A stretch of DNA of 64,000 nt, from positions 9,785,918 through 9,849,917 of the forward strand of contig CM082595.2 of assembly GCA_040954595.2 (NCBI GenBank). The letters run 5' to 3'. The first letter of the stretch is position 1. The number at the start of each line of letters is the position of its first letter. The stretch comes from Balanoglossus misakiensis. Taxonomy: Eukaryota; Animalia; Hemichordata. The notes under the pieces were generated by a model that saw only the letters and a list, made by a program, of their open reading frames with translations, searched no databases and had not been told where the DNA came from. Of this stretch, positions 11,468-24,980 are shown in pieces. A program made the position numbers and the translations under genes.

Positions 11468-14400
11468 TCAATCAGTCACATAATCTTTGTATCGAGACGG
11501 CTTTTGTATATTTGTTCTGGTTCGTGTTGATCTCAACGATTCTTGGGCTGGTGACGCTGGCGTTGCGGGTTGTTGAGGCGGTGTTCCCTCTGTGACTGCT
11601 GGTGCAATATTGTGTTGATCCATCCCTGTCTGTGCTGGTTTCAGTTCTGCGCTGACTGGTTTCAGGTGGATCCTGTTGCGTCGCATTTGTTTCCCGTTGT
11701 CTAACTTCACGGTGTAGGACCTAGGTGTCTTTGCTGGGGCTACAACTCTCGCTGGACTCCATGTTTTGCTGATTGGGTTTTGTACATGGACTTGTTGACC
11801 TGTCAGCAATTATGGTAGTTGTCTGGAGTGCTGGTCGTGGCTGGAAGTCTGGGCCTGCTGTTGAGATGTCAGGTATTGACGAACTTCCTCCCCGTTTCTT
11901 GCTGGGTGAATTTTGGCTGGGAGAGTTGTCTTGTATGCTCTGCTGTTCAGCAACTCAGCTGGTGATGGTATGTTGGACTTCAATGGAGTCGCGCGAAGTG
12001 CCAACAATGCTAGATTCGGATCATCTCCGGACTCTTTGCACTTCATCAGGATGTTCTTCACGGTCTGTACATGTCGCTCGATAAAACCGTGCCCTTTGGG
12101 ATAGTATGGTGATGATGTGACTATCGCAAAACCATACTTCTCAGTTAGGCTGTGGAAGTCTCTAGCTGTAAACTGAGATCCGTTGTCACAAACTAGTTTC
12201 TCGGGTATTCCTTGCTCTGCAAATAGAATTCGGAGGGCTCTCATAATGGTACTGGCTCTGAGGTCTTCAAGTTTCCTAATGAAGGGGAACTTGGAGTAGT
12301 AGTCAGCAACTATCATGTACCATGTTTGGTTCACGTAGAATAGGTCTGCTCCAATTGTGTGCCACGGTCGTGGTGGAATTTCCATTGGAATCATCGGTTC
12401 CTTCTGCTGGGAATTCTGGAATTTCTGGCACGCGTTGCATCCTGTTACTAGTCTCTCTATATCTTTACAAATTCCAGGCCAGTACACGCTGGATCTGGCT
12501 CTCAGCTTGCATTTCTCGATCCCCAGGTGACTGCTATGAATGCGTTGTAGCATTTCATCTCTCATTACTGCTGGTATGAGGAGTCGGCTGCCTATCAGGA
12601 TAATACCATCTTCGATAGCGATATCGTCTCGAATAGACCAGTAGGGTCGAATATCAGCGTGAATGTCCTTGATGCTATCTGGCCATCCTTTCAGGACTTG
12701 CTGGATCAATAATTGAAGAATTTCATCTTTGGTAGTTTCTTCTTTGATCTCCATCTGTCTCATTGGTGTGATCTTCACCAGGTGGTGTATCTGGACTTTC
12801 ATGTCACTGATTTCGTTCTGATCTTGTGGTGACAGTCTAGATAGTGCGTCGGCAAGTATCATCTGTTTGCCTGGCTTGTAGTGTATGGTGAAATCATACG
12901 GCTGTATGCGCAACAGCATTCTCTGTAATCGGGGTGGTGCCTTGGTCAAATTCTTCCTCTGAATTTGCTCCAACGGTCGATGATCACTCTCTACTATGAA
13001 ACTTCTGCCGTAGAGATATGTGCGAAACTTCTCACATCCGTAGACTACCGCGAGTAGTTCTCTTTCTATATTGGCGTATCGGGTTTCCGCTGGTGTCAGG
13101 GCCTTGGACGCAAATGCTATAGGTCTCTGTTCCTGTATGAGCACCGCTCCGATTCCCTTTCCCGATGCGTCGACTTGTAGAGTGACAGGCTTCTTACGGT
13201 CGTAGTAAGCAAGTGTAGTCTTTGTGCTGATCAGGTCCTTGATCATATTGAAAGACTTTGTGTGTGTCGGAGACCACTCAAACTCAGTGTCGTCTCTGAT
13301 GAGCTCTCTCAGTGGTGCTGTGTGTTCAGCTAATCTGGGTATGAATGAACCCATGTAGTTCACCATTCCGAGGAATGTGCGCAGTTCGGTCTTGTCTCTA
13401 GGCGGATGCATCATCTCTATCGCCTTGACCTTTTCTGGGTTGGGTTTAACTCCGTCTTCTGTGTAAAACATGCCAAAGAAACTACATTCTTTTGTCTTGA
13501 TGTAGCATTTCTCTTTGTTCAGTTTAATGCCTGCTTTCCTGGTTCGTTCCATGGCTTCGTGTAGATGCAGGTCATGGTGTCGCTCTCCTGATCCTAAGAC
13601 TTGTATATCGTCTGCAATGCCGACTGCACCTTCACACTCTCTGTATGTTTCATCAATTTTGAATTGAAACACATCTTGGCTCATCCTTAGCCCAAATGGC
13701 ATTCGTAGGAATCTGTAACGGCCATATGGTGTGTTAAAGGTCGTCAGGAAGGATGATTCTTCATCGATCTTTACATTCCAGTATCCGTTCCGCGCGTCTA
13801 GCTTGCTGAAAAGTGTTGCGCCTGCCAACTTTGGGGTAATCTCCTCCAATGTGGGTGTAGGGTAATGATCCCTTTTAATGGCTTTGTTCAAGTCCTTCGG
13901 GTCCAGACAAATGCGAAGTCTTCCATTGTCTTTCTCCCGGACAACAAGAGAATTGACCCAGTTCGTAGGCTGGTTCACTTTGGCGATGATTTGCTTATCT
14001 TCCATCTCCTGCAGCTCGGTTTTGAGTCTATCCATTAGTTCTAATGGAACTCTGCGGGCAGGGTGTACTACTGGTTGTACTTCTGGATCAAGAGTGATGT
14101 GGTATGTGTAGTTTTCAAAACATCCGACCACGTCGTCAAAGCAATCAGGGTACATCCTCAGCAACTGTTCTTTGTTCTTTATGGGAGGGCGGTCCCTGAT
14201 GGGTGTATTACTGTCTATGTAGTCATCTGCAGGGTTTCTGTTTCTTCCTGCTGGCTTCTGTTCGTTCATCTTTCTCTTTTCCACTTCCACATTTCTTCCA
14301 GGCTGTGCTGTCTTGCACTCTGGGCTCGCCTGCACTTGTATGGCTTCTACTGAACAGTTTATTTGTATCAGGTTTAAGGCTCTGCTTGCCTTTAACCCTA

Positions 14401-14860
14401 AAATGGCTAGGCCTGCGGCGTCAGTTACATAGAAGAGGCATCTGATTTTCCTCTCTCTATGTTCACATGGAATGACGATGGTGCCAAGCTGTTTGATTTT
14501 GGAACCTCCATATGCGGTAAGGATTGTTTTATTTTCCTTCAAGTGCCCGCGTTTTGGATTTCCGTGTTTATCCAGTTTCTCTGGAAATATGATCTTGAAA
14601 AGGCAGAGGGGCAGTATATTGCTCTGTGCACCGGTATCAATCTTGCATCTCAGTGCTACTTTCCTTTTCTTTTCGCTCTGTGTGATTGTCAGTTTCGTGT
14701 ATATTTCTTCTTGTCTGTTGATGTTGTCCAATGCATTTATTTCGATAGTTCCAACATCTAGGACTTCATCATCTATTTGATGCATGTTGCTGCTCGAGCG
14801 TGTCACATTATGGATTGGTTTTCCACCTCGTCTCTGACTTCGGTTCGCTTGAGCTGGTTT
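11468..14860 (-). CDS. pol: Gypsy pol polyprotein (protease, RT, RNase H, integrase), with an in-frame stop at 11810-11812
   Basis: KIDTGAQ (protease); LDARNGYW, RMPFGL, IADDI (RT); VDASGKG, IERELLA, SDHRPL (RNase H); HSSHLG...CNAC, ADLF, CDNGSQF, FIERHVQ (integrase). The same frame continues as ORF 11468-11809. Confidence 0.95.
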
Positions 14861-15611
14861 TGGAACGGCATACCGCCTGCCAGTGATTAGGTTTCCCACA
14901 ATTTCGGCATTTCGAGCCATATGCTGGGCAGTTACTTTTCACTGAGGTGTCATGCTTTTTTCCGAAATGCTTACATTGTTTGGGGTGTGTCTTGTTGGGC
15001 TGCCTTTTTACTGTGTTGACAGCTTTGCTATCCACAGGATTAGCAATATGGCAATTTGTGAGCGTTTTCATGTGTTTTGTTGTGGCTTCGTGACCTCTAG
15101 CTATATCGAGCGCCTCCTTCAAGGTCAGTTTCTCATCACGCCCAATAAGTTTCTTCTGTATTTCTTGGTGACAGATCCCCCATATCAACTGATCTACGAG
15201 TCTTGCTTCCTGTTCTTTTGTATCCCCAAATTTGCATTTGGCGGCTTCATTTTTCAATTTCGAAAAGAAATCATCAACTGGTTCTCCAGGGTCTTGTCTC
15301 ATATCTTGGAATTGGTATCTATGTATGCGATGATTCGACTTCGGCTCTAAGTGTTCGGAAAATTTGTCGAATAGTACTGTGGGGTCTTTCCGCTGGTCTT
15401 CATTTTCAAACGACCAACTGTTGTATTTGTCAAGACCTGGTTCACCGGACCATAGAAGTATGTAGCTAGCTTTCTCTTCATTAGCATCTTTAAGTGCTGT
15501 CTTAAATGTTAACTCACATTTTTGACGAAAACGACTGAAGGCTATTGCTAGATCTGGCGCGTCCCATTCCATCTTTGGGGCTGTGAAGGGCGTTTGTAGT
15601 GCGGCCGCCAT
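14808..15611 (-). CDS. gag: Gypsy gag
   Basis: ATG lies just downstream of the PBS. Capsid-like RYQFQDMRQDPGEPVDDFFSKL..AAKCKF; Zn knuckles CKHF(sic)GKKH..NC and CRNCGKPNHWQAVC. Confidence 0.92.
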   Translation of the reverse strand: MAAALQTPFTAPKMEWDAPDLAIAFSRFRQKCELTFKTALKDANEEKASYILLWSGEPGLDKYNSWSFENEDQRKDPTVLFDKFSEHLEPKSNHRIHRYQFQDMRQDPGEPVDDFFSKLKNEAAKCKFGDTKEQEARLVDQLIWGICHQEIQKKLIGRDEKLTLKEALDIARGHEATTKHMKTLTNCHIANPVDSKAVNTVKRQPNKTHPKQCKHFGKKHDTSVKSNCPAYGSKCRNCGKPNHWQAVCRSKTSSSEPKSETRWKTNP

Positions 15612-15707
15612 CTTGTCAGGTCAGTTCGATGGTCTTTTCTTCTGTAGTTTTGGTGTCTTGTGTAGTCGATACTGTGTAAAGTCTGCTTACATCTGATCAC
15701 TCACATT

Positions 15708-15721
15708 CACCGCTGCCACCA
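15708..15721 (-). promoter_or_regulatory. Primer-binding site complementary to tRNA-Leu 3' end
   Basis: Minus strand TGGTGGCAGCGGTG immediately follows the 5' LTR. Metazoan tRNA-Leu(AAG/TAG) ends ...CACCGCTGCCA-CCA. Confidence 0.85.
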
Positions 15722-15925
15722 TGTTATGTTTCCATCAACATGGGAATAATAATGCGATCATAAGGTATAACAACAACCTATTTATTGATCGGCTGAAAAG
15801 ACTCAACAATGTGCTTCGCCTTATCTGGGCGGAAGTGACGTCGTACAGCAATTCATAAACAAGTGGAACACCAACAATGCAACACTAGAGGGCGCTATAT
15901 TGATCGTAGCTGTCAGAATACTACA
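15722..15925 (-). repeat. 5' LTR
   Basis: 204 bp. No difference found versus 11045-11248 in a base-by-base read. Confidence 0.97.
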
Positions 15926-16757
15926 CCCCCCCCCCCCCCGCATGTTTAAAGGTTTCTATAGAAAAGCATTGTTGAGGTTCACAAAACTTTGAAGAAGCTT
16001 TGCAACACTAACTTTGGCCAAAGATTTGAATGTTAAGGTTTCACAAACGGAGTTACAGCTGAGGTTCAACTAAGACTAGTATAAGAGGCTTCAGCACGCC
16101 AAGTCTTGTAGCAAGCTTCAACACAAAGCTTTTTGCAACATTGTTCAAAGCGTTGTCAAAGGTACTGCACAACCCTGGTGAAGTAGTGCTATATTTTCAA
16201 TTAAATGGCTTAAACCATTTGTCTCTCCAACCAGAATTGCACCAGAGTTAAATACACACAGCTTGAAATTGTAAAATGTTGCAAAATCAAACGATCACAT
16301 CCTTACACCTATTATTAGAACCAGAAGTTGAGTCAAAATTTTCCTACCTAGAAATTTTCTTTCCTATGAAGTTTTTTGCTTATTGGCATTCATATGGGAG
16401 CCTAGACCTATTCCAGCTGAGTTGCCAAAATGGCAATGTTGGACAATTCTTCTAATATGCATGATCAAAAATGGCCGCCAAATACCTTCTCTAAAATAAA
16501 ACTTGGCCCTTTTTTCTCAAAATTATGTGTAATATCTAAAATTTCAGGATTTGCATCCATATTGGTTATGTATTGCAAATATGGCAGTGTTTGGCAACTT
16601 TTCTATTTTGCATATTCAAAAATGGCCGCCAATCACCACTAAAAGTGAAATTTTGCCATGTTTCCCAAAATGATGCGCAATATCGTATTTTCAGGATTAG
16701 CACATTCATATGGGTACCTTTAACAATACAACTGTGTTGCAAATTTGGCAGTGTTAC

Positions 16758-17357
16758 CGTACTAATCATGAAGCAAGGAAGTGCAACCTCTGTATCCCAA
16801 ATATATGTCTATCCCCACTGATAGGAGTCACAAAGAGCCAGCCCCTCTGCATCATCCTGTTCCTCAAACTCACGATGGGAATCCTTTTCAGAATTCCGAC
16901 CTCAAAACATCCAGGGATTCACCATCATTCACCACACCCTCGTCAGTATCCACCATGTTTAGATCCAATGCCTGAACATGTTGTCTCTTTATCTATGGAT
17001 TGCGTTAAAGGCCAGTGGGAGTTTCATCTCCTTTTTTTGCAATTTTGACCATTTTTATCTGGTGCATAATGCTAGAGTACATATCATCCATACAGGATGA
17101 TGCATGTACAGTGATGGGAAATGTATCAATCCACTCCTGCACTAGATTTGCATACAGTGCCATACCTTTTAGGGCTATTTTCTTGACCCTTTTGATAGTC
17201 TGCTGGCCAAAAGTGGCTGGCCAAAGTGGCCAGCAGAGACATTCTTCCAATACCCTTCATAGTGCCAACAGACAAGGCTTGGATATACAACCTGTGTTGC
17301 TTGTAAGGCACACATCTCCAATTGGTACATTGGGCCAATTATACTGTACATGTACAG
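16758..17357 (-). pseudogene. Decayed coding-like exon at the outer end of the left palindrome arm
   Basis: Minus-strand acceptor ttttttcctag at 17358-17359 and possible donor gtaaca at 16757. Frameshifted peptide pieces YPSLVCWHYEGYWKNVSAGHFGQ / QTIKRVKKIALKGMALYANLVQEWID / acidic DTDEGVVNDGESLD. The same acceptor and exon start occur at 44733-44800 (+). Confidence 0.35.
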
Positions 17358-17976
17358 CTAGGAAAAAAATATACTTCATCATAGTTTCCATGGTCAGCAG
17401 CTTCAATAACTTGTTGCCTTTTCTTACTGAACATTTAGACTTATAAAGAAGTATAACAAGAATAAAGTTGTCCAATTAGTGTTGGCAGGGGGGTGGGGGA
17501 TGTGTTCTCCCATACAAAGGTGTATAGGTATGTAGTCTTTAAGAAAAACTTGGGGTAAATGACCAGAAAATTTGACTTATAATACAAATAGGTCGGGTTT
17601 TGGGCATTTACACGTGTTGATGTTATCGACTGGGGCGACAGACTACCATCCGAAAAAATTTCAAGTACCCCCCCCCCCCCCTCGGGTGCCGGCCAGTGGG
17701 ATGGAGGTGATAGAAACTGTTGCAGATACAATAGAGGCCTACAACCTGAAAACCTTCTGGCTTTAACCGAGGACTTGCCATTAAAGATACCTGTAGGCCC
17801 CTATATGCTGCTCCCACATACACTCCCAGTCCTAAACCTTGCATCTGATTTGTGGTGCAGATGAATAATTAAGATTGGCTTGACAATTAGCACACTTAAT
17901 TGCCTGTTATGAGATATAATACATACAATCATGGGACAAGAATGGCAAAAGTTAAATTATCCAGCAGGTGTTTGAA

Positions 17977-18205
17977 TTATGCAAATTAGAGCAGTTGTCT
18001 AATATTGCCATGTCAACCATGTTGAAATTGTTTTAGGTACCCATATTAATGGAAACCCTGCAAATTCGATATTACACACCATTTAAAACAAATATGGGAA
18101 ATTAACATGTTAGAGAAATTTGGCGGCCATTTTGGATTATGCAAATTAGAACAGTTGTCTAATATTGCCATGTCAACCATGTTGAAATTGTTTTAGGTAC
18201 CCAGG
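17977..18205. repeat. ~160-bp tandem repeat (about 1.5 copies here, about 3 copies at 43705-44195)
   Basis: attatgcaaattaga.cagttgtctaatattgccatgtcaaccatgttgaaattg at 17977 and 18137. Reverse-complement units recur in 43705-44195. Confidence 0.8.
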
Positions 18206-18732
18206 AGAGTTGAATGAAAATGCCATTTGCAATGCAGTTGTCTTGTATTGGGTGCCCATATTAAGGCATTCTTGAAAACGAAACATTATTCATTATTTTG
18301 ACGCAAACAGAAAAGGTGTTCAAATGTAAATTAGAAGAGTTGCCCAACCCTGCCATATTTGCAATACAGTTGTAGTGACTGTCAACTCGACTACAGACAG
18401 TCTCGATGAACACAAGACATGATCCCAATTTGCAAGCTGAGTTGAAACTGACTGCTGCAGTAACTTAGCTGTGGGAATGTCTTGTGTGATTTAAAACAAT
18501 GATGACCAAATTTAACACAGTTTCTCTGAGGTAACCATTTAGCTTTCGTGACTAAGTTTGTTTAAGAATCCTTTATTCTACCCAAGGAACAAATTTCCTT
18601 AGAATTTCACAACTGAGACACAGTTTACAGATATACAAAAAGTGCGTACTACAAACATAAGAAATTGTTTGCATTTTTTTTTTCTGATGGCAATGCATTT
18701 GACTGTAAACAGACATTGACGTCCTTTAGTAA

Positions 18733-19555
18733 GGGACTGTTCAGTTTTGGTGGAGGGGGGGGCAAAAGTTTGTGTCATTGGTTTTCAAAATCAGGCCGAC
18801 ACCCCCTTCAACCAGGACCAAAAAAATGATGACCCCCCCCCCCCTTTGACAGGACCAAAATATGATGACCCTCCTCCCACCCCGAAAACATTTGCCATCC
18901 TTATCTTATGTACACTGACTGTATGCAATAAAGGTAAAGGGTCTCCTCACACCTCAATTCTAAATTTCTTAAAGAAATTTATAATTTGAAGTGTATAATT
19001 ATATAGCGTTGCAATAAAGAAGGTCTATGGATAAATTAAAAGGACACGTCAATACAATAGTTGGTAGAATTGGTAAAACAAGAAAAGTGGAAGGGGTGGG
19101 TGTACGTAGGACAATTTTGTAAAATACAATTAATGCATTTTAATGAACTCAAAGGCAAATTAACTTAATGTTGGGGAGGACAAATTTCACTTTTGCCACT
19201 CAAAGTTAACATCAGTGGGGGTGGGATGCCAAGTATTCTGCCCTGGTACACTATATGTGGCGAAGAAATAAGGGGATGGGTGTGGGAGGGGATGTCCCCC
19301 TTCCACATAAGAAAACTTTGTAAAATATGTAGCTCAAAGTTGCATTTTAATGAAGTCAAAAGCAAATTATCTCAATGTTTGAAAGGACCAATTTTACTGT
19401 TGCTACTCCACTCAAAGTTAGCATCGGTGGGTACATGTATATGACCTCCCCCCTAAACGTTTGAAAAAAAGATGACTCCCTCTTTTGGATTTCAAAATTT
19501 AAGTGACCCCCTGGATTTTGCCAGCCTCCCCCCACCGTAAAAACTGAATGGTCCC
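18733..19555. mobile_element. PIF/Harbinger-like non-autonomous element, left arm only
   Basis: TIR gggactgttcagtttt / aaaactgaatggtccc, with TAA on both sides. Absent at the equivalent right-arm site (~43085), which reads TAG rather than TAA. Confidence 0.75.
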
Positions 19556-20680
19556 TAAGCGCTATTTTGTCAGTGAAATGGCTCCAATGTTATCCCTCCA
19601 ACTATAGTTGAAACGGAGTTAAATATGTACAGCTTGAAATCATAAAATGTTGCAAAATTGAACCAAGAGTTTGGTCAATGATCAAGTTCTTACAGCTATT
19701 ACTAGAACCATACAGTCTCACCGAACAAGAGACATTGGTCCGATTTGCAAGCCGAGTTGGAACTGACTTTGCCTGCACACAGATGTGCCAATTTCAGCGA
19801 ATCTTATCGTATTTAAAAATGAATATGGAGAATTGTTATCTGTGTTCCTATTGCTAGCCTACATACATGTAGCTGTTGTCATTCTAGTGTTTTTTTCTGT
19901 ATACCAAAATTGCCACACTGTTTGGGATACTTTTATCAAATGTTATGTGATACTATATCAGCCTGTTTTGGGGATCTTGACAATGACATATATTAGACTT
20001 TTCATACACAGCATGAGGTAGAATTTCAGAAACGATTAGGTAATAAGACTGCATATCTCATAGGAAATAATCACTTTAGAAGTATTACGATAAAAAAAAT
20101 CATTTCACTCTTATTGGGAGCATACATTTGTAAAACATACATACAGACATGAATACAGACATAGAGAGATCAAGGTGTATACGATTTTCAGTGGGGGAGG
20201 GGGTCCTCCTTAATTGCAAACAACTATGTAATGGTAATTTCCCTTTTATAATAACAATTTTTGAGGTATAAGGAAAAAATATCAAACAAAATAAACAAAA
20301 AAACTAATTCAGCTATGATTTGATTCAACTATCATTCTAAAGAAGCACATATCATTAACTCACAACTAAACTTTTAAAGTGATCAACCATGCACTTTCTG
20401 AGAATTTTTTTATGCCCCCAAAATACAATTTTTTCATTTTCAGAACATTTATGATATATCACAGTAAAAAAATCCCCTGGAAACTGCAAAACAAAAAACT
20501 GCAAAGCAATCAAACAAAAATGGCAAAAATTGTCCACAAAAACTATATTGACACTTCCATCATAGGATTTGTTAAAATGTCGTGATAACACACCTAGGAA
20601 CCTGCAAACCAAATTTCAAAGAACTGTGAGTAGAGGTTTTTGAGTATTTGACCAAAATCACCCCAAAAATATACTTCAAA

Positions 20681-23026
20681 CCAGATATTAACTGAATATG
20701 CTCACGTGCAGTACTGTGATTGGTTGACAGAATAACAAGATTAGAAAAACCAGTGTTAAACCAATTTGGTTTATAGTGTTTATGGTGTAAGGGTTGTGTG
20801 TTGCACCATTGTGAAATGTAAACATGTTTGTGGAATTGTTGCCTTGTCAATTTTTGTAAGGGGTTATGAGTCATGTACCCCATCCTGAACTGCATAAAAA
20901 GATAAGTCTATGGAATTCTAAAACTCGTTGATCAAAAATGGCAAGAAATATACCAAAAAGTATGAATATTTCACCAGATTTCAACAAATCTGATTTCTGT
21001 TCATGCCTAAGAACCTCTTTAACAAGTTTCAATAGGAAGACATTTTGGCAAACAACAGGTAATTCAGACAAATCTGATTGATATCACATATATGATTTCC
21101 CATTCAAAGTTTCCAATCAATTGGACTTGTGGTTTTACTGAAGACTATTTGGCCAAACCCTGCAGAATTCCCAAAAAATACAATTATGCAAATTTCTTTA
21201 CAATTTGATCATATTTGACTGAGATCACCCCTAGAAACCCAAATACAAAGTATCAAAACAATTGCACTTACAGTTTCACGGGATTTGATTTTTTGACAAA
21301 AACAGGAAATATTGCCCAAAAATGCATTTTTGCAAATTTCACCACCGTTTGCACAAATGTGATTCAGGTAAGCCCTATGAACCTCCATACCAAGTTTCCA
21401 ATCAATTGGACATGTAATTTCAGAGAAGAATTTTTTTTAACAAAACTGCAGAAAATTCCCCCAAAAATTCATAAAAAATAGCAAACGCCAGATACTGACT
21501 CCACCTGAACAAAATCATACGAGGTCTTCCCATAGTACTTGCACACCAATGCACGCCAATTTTTAACTGAATCTGATCCGCTGTTATTAAGTTTTTCAAT
21601 TTTGACTACTTGAACATTTTTCCAGTTAATACCAGTATGCATTTTTTCGCAATAACAATTTCTATGTACACACTAAATATCAGTAGTTTCAAGTTTTTGA
21701 TGTTGATGGACATACACATACATACATCAATACATTTAGACGAAACTGATCCATTCGCAAAATACATAATTCTGTATGAGGCACACATACAGACATACAT
21801 AGACGACGGACACCAACTTATGCTATAAGCTGACATTGATATACATGTTAGCCAAAAACCAAAATCAACCTCAAAATAGACATTAAAATATATTGCACCA
21901 CCATGAGAAGACAAATTCATTTTTCGACAAATTTTCTGGGGCGTCATTGATATACCAAGCATATTGTCAAAGTACGTAGTCTCTGTGATAAGATTCCATA
22001 CACACAAAATGGTAACCTTGGAAGTCCAGCTGACGTAGTTATGCAATGGCGTCTCGTGTATTCCGTCGCCAAAAAATCATCGTAAAATTGATAGTCGGGG
22101 TCACAATTCAAGACGACTTTCTCTAAATTCTTTATGAATGGATTAAATCGAAATCGAAATGTTGACGTATGACGTACGGAATGAGATCTGAACAGACATT
22201 CAATGTTATCATTCTCGCTCGATCACATATTGGGTAAGCCATCTAGCAATCGCTATATAGTATTGGCGATAACAGACTGTCTATAAACTCACAAAACGGA
22301 TTTTACTGTTGAGTGTGATCAACCGCCACGTTATTTTTCTCTGAACAATAGACAAATAGAAAGCCTGGTGACATTTTGAGATTGACTGCGTGAGGACCAC
22401 AATATGCGTGAATCATTTACGGTTTGTCTTGATGAATGGGTCACGTCATAGTCATAACGCGGATTCGGCTGCACGCCAACTATCCGCCATATTGTCTCCA
22501 CTAACTTACTCGTAAGTAGTTTCAAACTTCATTTGAAAAGAGTATTCGTCTGACGGTCCTGTAGATTAACAATTTACGCTCTATGAAGCAACTAAACAAC
22601 GTTAGCTTCCTTGTGGATTCACGTAGGGAAGTTATTCGTAACGACGGGTACAGCGTCTCAGCATGGACAGAACCACGGCAATATCGCCAGGAATGTCTAA
22701 TTTCACAGCGCCCTCAAACTGTCGATCTCCTCAAACTATCGTTTCCACTGGTCATATATGCGGCATTAACGAAAGCTCACATAGACAATCATGTAATAGA
22801 AAAATTAAAACTTAAATAACTTCATTAATATCAAAGCCACACGCACCAAAACCTTTTCAGTTCTTGCCATATGATATCTGAACCTGTGTACTAAATTTGG
22901 TTGAAATCGGTTCAGCGGTTCTTTAGATATCGGGTATACAGACAGACACACACACACATACATACATACACACACACACACACAGACATCGCTAAACCAT
23001 AAGCTCACGTGATTTTCACGTGAGCT
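20681..23026. mobile_element. Composite insertion, Helentron/HINE (DINE-1)-like with nested elements, left arm only
   Basis: Inserted in an A-run (the right arm has an empty cttcaaaaatg near 41980). gctcacgtg occurs near the start. An (AC)/(ACAG) microsatellite precedes the terminal hairpin agctcacgtg-atttt-cacgtgagct. A second hairpin-terminated unit ends near 21851. Confidence 0.6.
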
Positions 23027-23789
23027 AAAAATGAAAAAAAATCCATGAGGTCTCAAAATGAATACACACCAATTTCTAAAGCAATTTGACCAATTTCCAC
23101 CAATTTCACATTGGTCCCAGTGGTAGATAGACATATACGAAATGGGAACCAAAGAATAAAACACATTTCAAAGATTTAACACATCTTTTTCCTCAAGAGT
23201 GTTTTTCAAATCTTCTCCACATCCTTCAAAATCGCCACCATAAAGCCATATTACTTGTAGTGCTTATGTTTGTCATATCTAGGTGATGCATACCACTATA
23301 GATGTGTACCCTTTGTATAGAGGCAGATTAAACAGGTGTGGTACCTGTTAAATATCTGACTTCTTTAAATTACAGCCACAATCGTCAGTCAACAAGATGT
23401 TCATGTAGATGTATACCTAGCAGTAAGCTTATTTAGATTGACAAATCTTAGATGAAAATAATGAAAAAGTGGCACAACCCTTAGGGCTTTAACTAGCAGC
23501 TTTATGCCAGATGAGTTCGAGTCTAACGATGTAATGTTGACATTAAGGTTTCATTGAAATAACTTGGGAACCTCTCTACTATTTGAAGCACCAAAGCTGT
23601 GAAAAACTTCCTTCTTTCCCTGAGTTTTTTATAAATATGTTCTAATCTGGGACAACAATTTGTTGCCAAGTGTCTTGACCCCTTTACCAAATGTCAGGGA
23701 CCGGATTTTTTTCAGCAAAATTTCAAATAACCTTGGCTGATTTTTTACCTACTTTCACATATTGGGTAGCATGAAACAAAGTATGGCTT

Positions 23790-24980
23790 CCAGAAGGGTT
23801 ATAGATACAGTGTTTTGTAATAACAAGAATTAACATGAAACTATAATTTCATGGTTAATTTAGGACCGCCTTAATCTATGGTAATGTCATTAAATATTTG
23901 CATATCTAATTGTAGGCTATCCAGTGGAGGGAGAAACCTAAACATGGACAACATTGGGGTCAAAATTGTTTGACAGAACTTTGGGTGACTTTGGGTAAAC
24001 CTTGACCAACATTACTATATCTTGGCATCCAGAGCAGATGCAACCTTGACACTTGGAGTGATGGAAATGCATAATGGAGTATTATGTCTCAGCTAGTCAC
24101 AGTGCTTTTGCTGTGTTTTATGTCTTTTATTCAGCCAAATTAGATGTTTTTTATTACACATTGGCTGTGTTTGCCAGTACTTTTTAGCTGGTCACACTGC
24201 CTTAAGACAATGTATTCTCAAAATACCATGCAATCATTATGAAGCATATACAGCAGACAAAGTTATGGTATGACTGAACTTGCCCTTCTTTGTGACTAAA
24301 GCATGACCGGCCTGTCTTAGGTGGCCCCTACCTAGGGGCTTTACCCGTCATTGGCTCACAGTCTGAGAAATCAGCTCTGCAGGGAAGTTAACGATGTAAC
24401 CCACCATTAAAGCTTGGATTTCCGCTTTTTGTATCTGATGCCTGGCTGAGGCCTTCTTAGGATCTACCCAACGCTGAGTAGGCTATCCCGTCATTGGCAC
24501 ACAGTCTCAGGGAGGGAGTCCAAAGTTCAGTATACCAGCAAAGCCTTTATATTGTCCATTCTTTTTAAGAGAAGGCTGGCTGCTGTAGAAAAATGTTGAT
24601 CTCAAATGTATCATGTCCAAAAAAAGGCAGACTTCCAGCCCTATTGGTTAGGCTGGCATTAGGTATGTACATAATTAATGAGGCAAGACATAATATTCCA
24701 TTACATAGTTCCATAACTCCAAGTGTCAAGGATGTATCTGTGCCGGATGCCAAGATATAGGAATGTAGGTCAAAGTTTACCCAAGATCACCCAAAAGTTT
24801 GTCAAAAGATTTTGACCCCAGAGTTGTCCATGTCCAGGTTACCACATCCACTAGAATAAGATATGCACATATTTAATGAGGTTACCATAGCTCAAGGGGG
24901 TCTTTAATTAACCATCAACATTTAGTTTCATATTAATGCATGTTAATATAATACACTGTATCTATAACCCTACTGGTAAG
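23790..24980. repeat. ~280-bp inverted repeats flanking a ~620-bp core (paralog at ~40040-41230)
   Basis: 23790-24085 is the reverse complement of 24690-24980. The same layout is in the right arm. Confidence 0.85.

Larger units (their letters stand above)
11045..15925 (-). mobile_element. Full-length Ty3/Gypsy LTR retrotransposon (Mag-like clade)
   Basis: Identical 204-bp LTRs (TG...CA), tRNA-Leu PBS, PPT, gag with Zn knuckles, and PR-RT-RH-IN domain order. C-runs flank both sides (TSD CCCC/CCCCC). Confidence 0.97.

Noticed and set aside
11773-15469. Several plus-strand ORFs inside the Gypsy element
   Set aside because: Antisense to gag/pol with no recognisable motifs.
16990-17260. Integrase HHCC-like reading (H...AGHFGQ.T) of the decayed outer exon
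   Set aside because: The cysteines and DDE core are not found and the downstream part is simply acidic. The similarity is too weak to assign a family.
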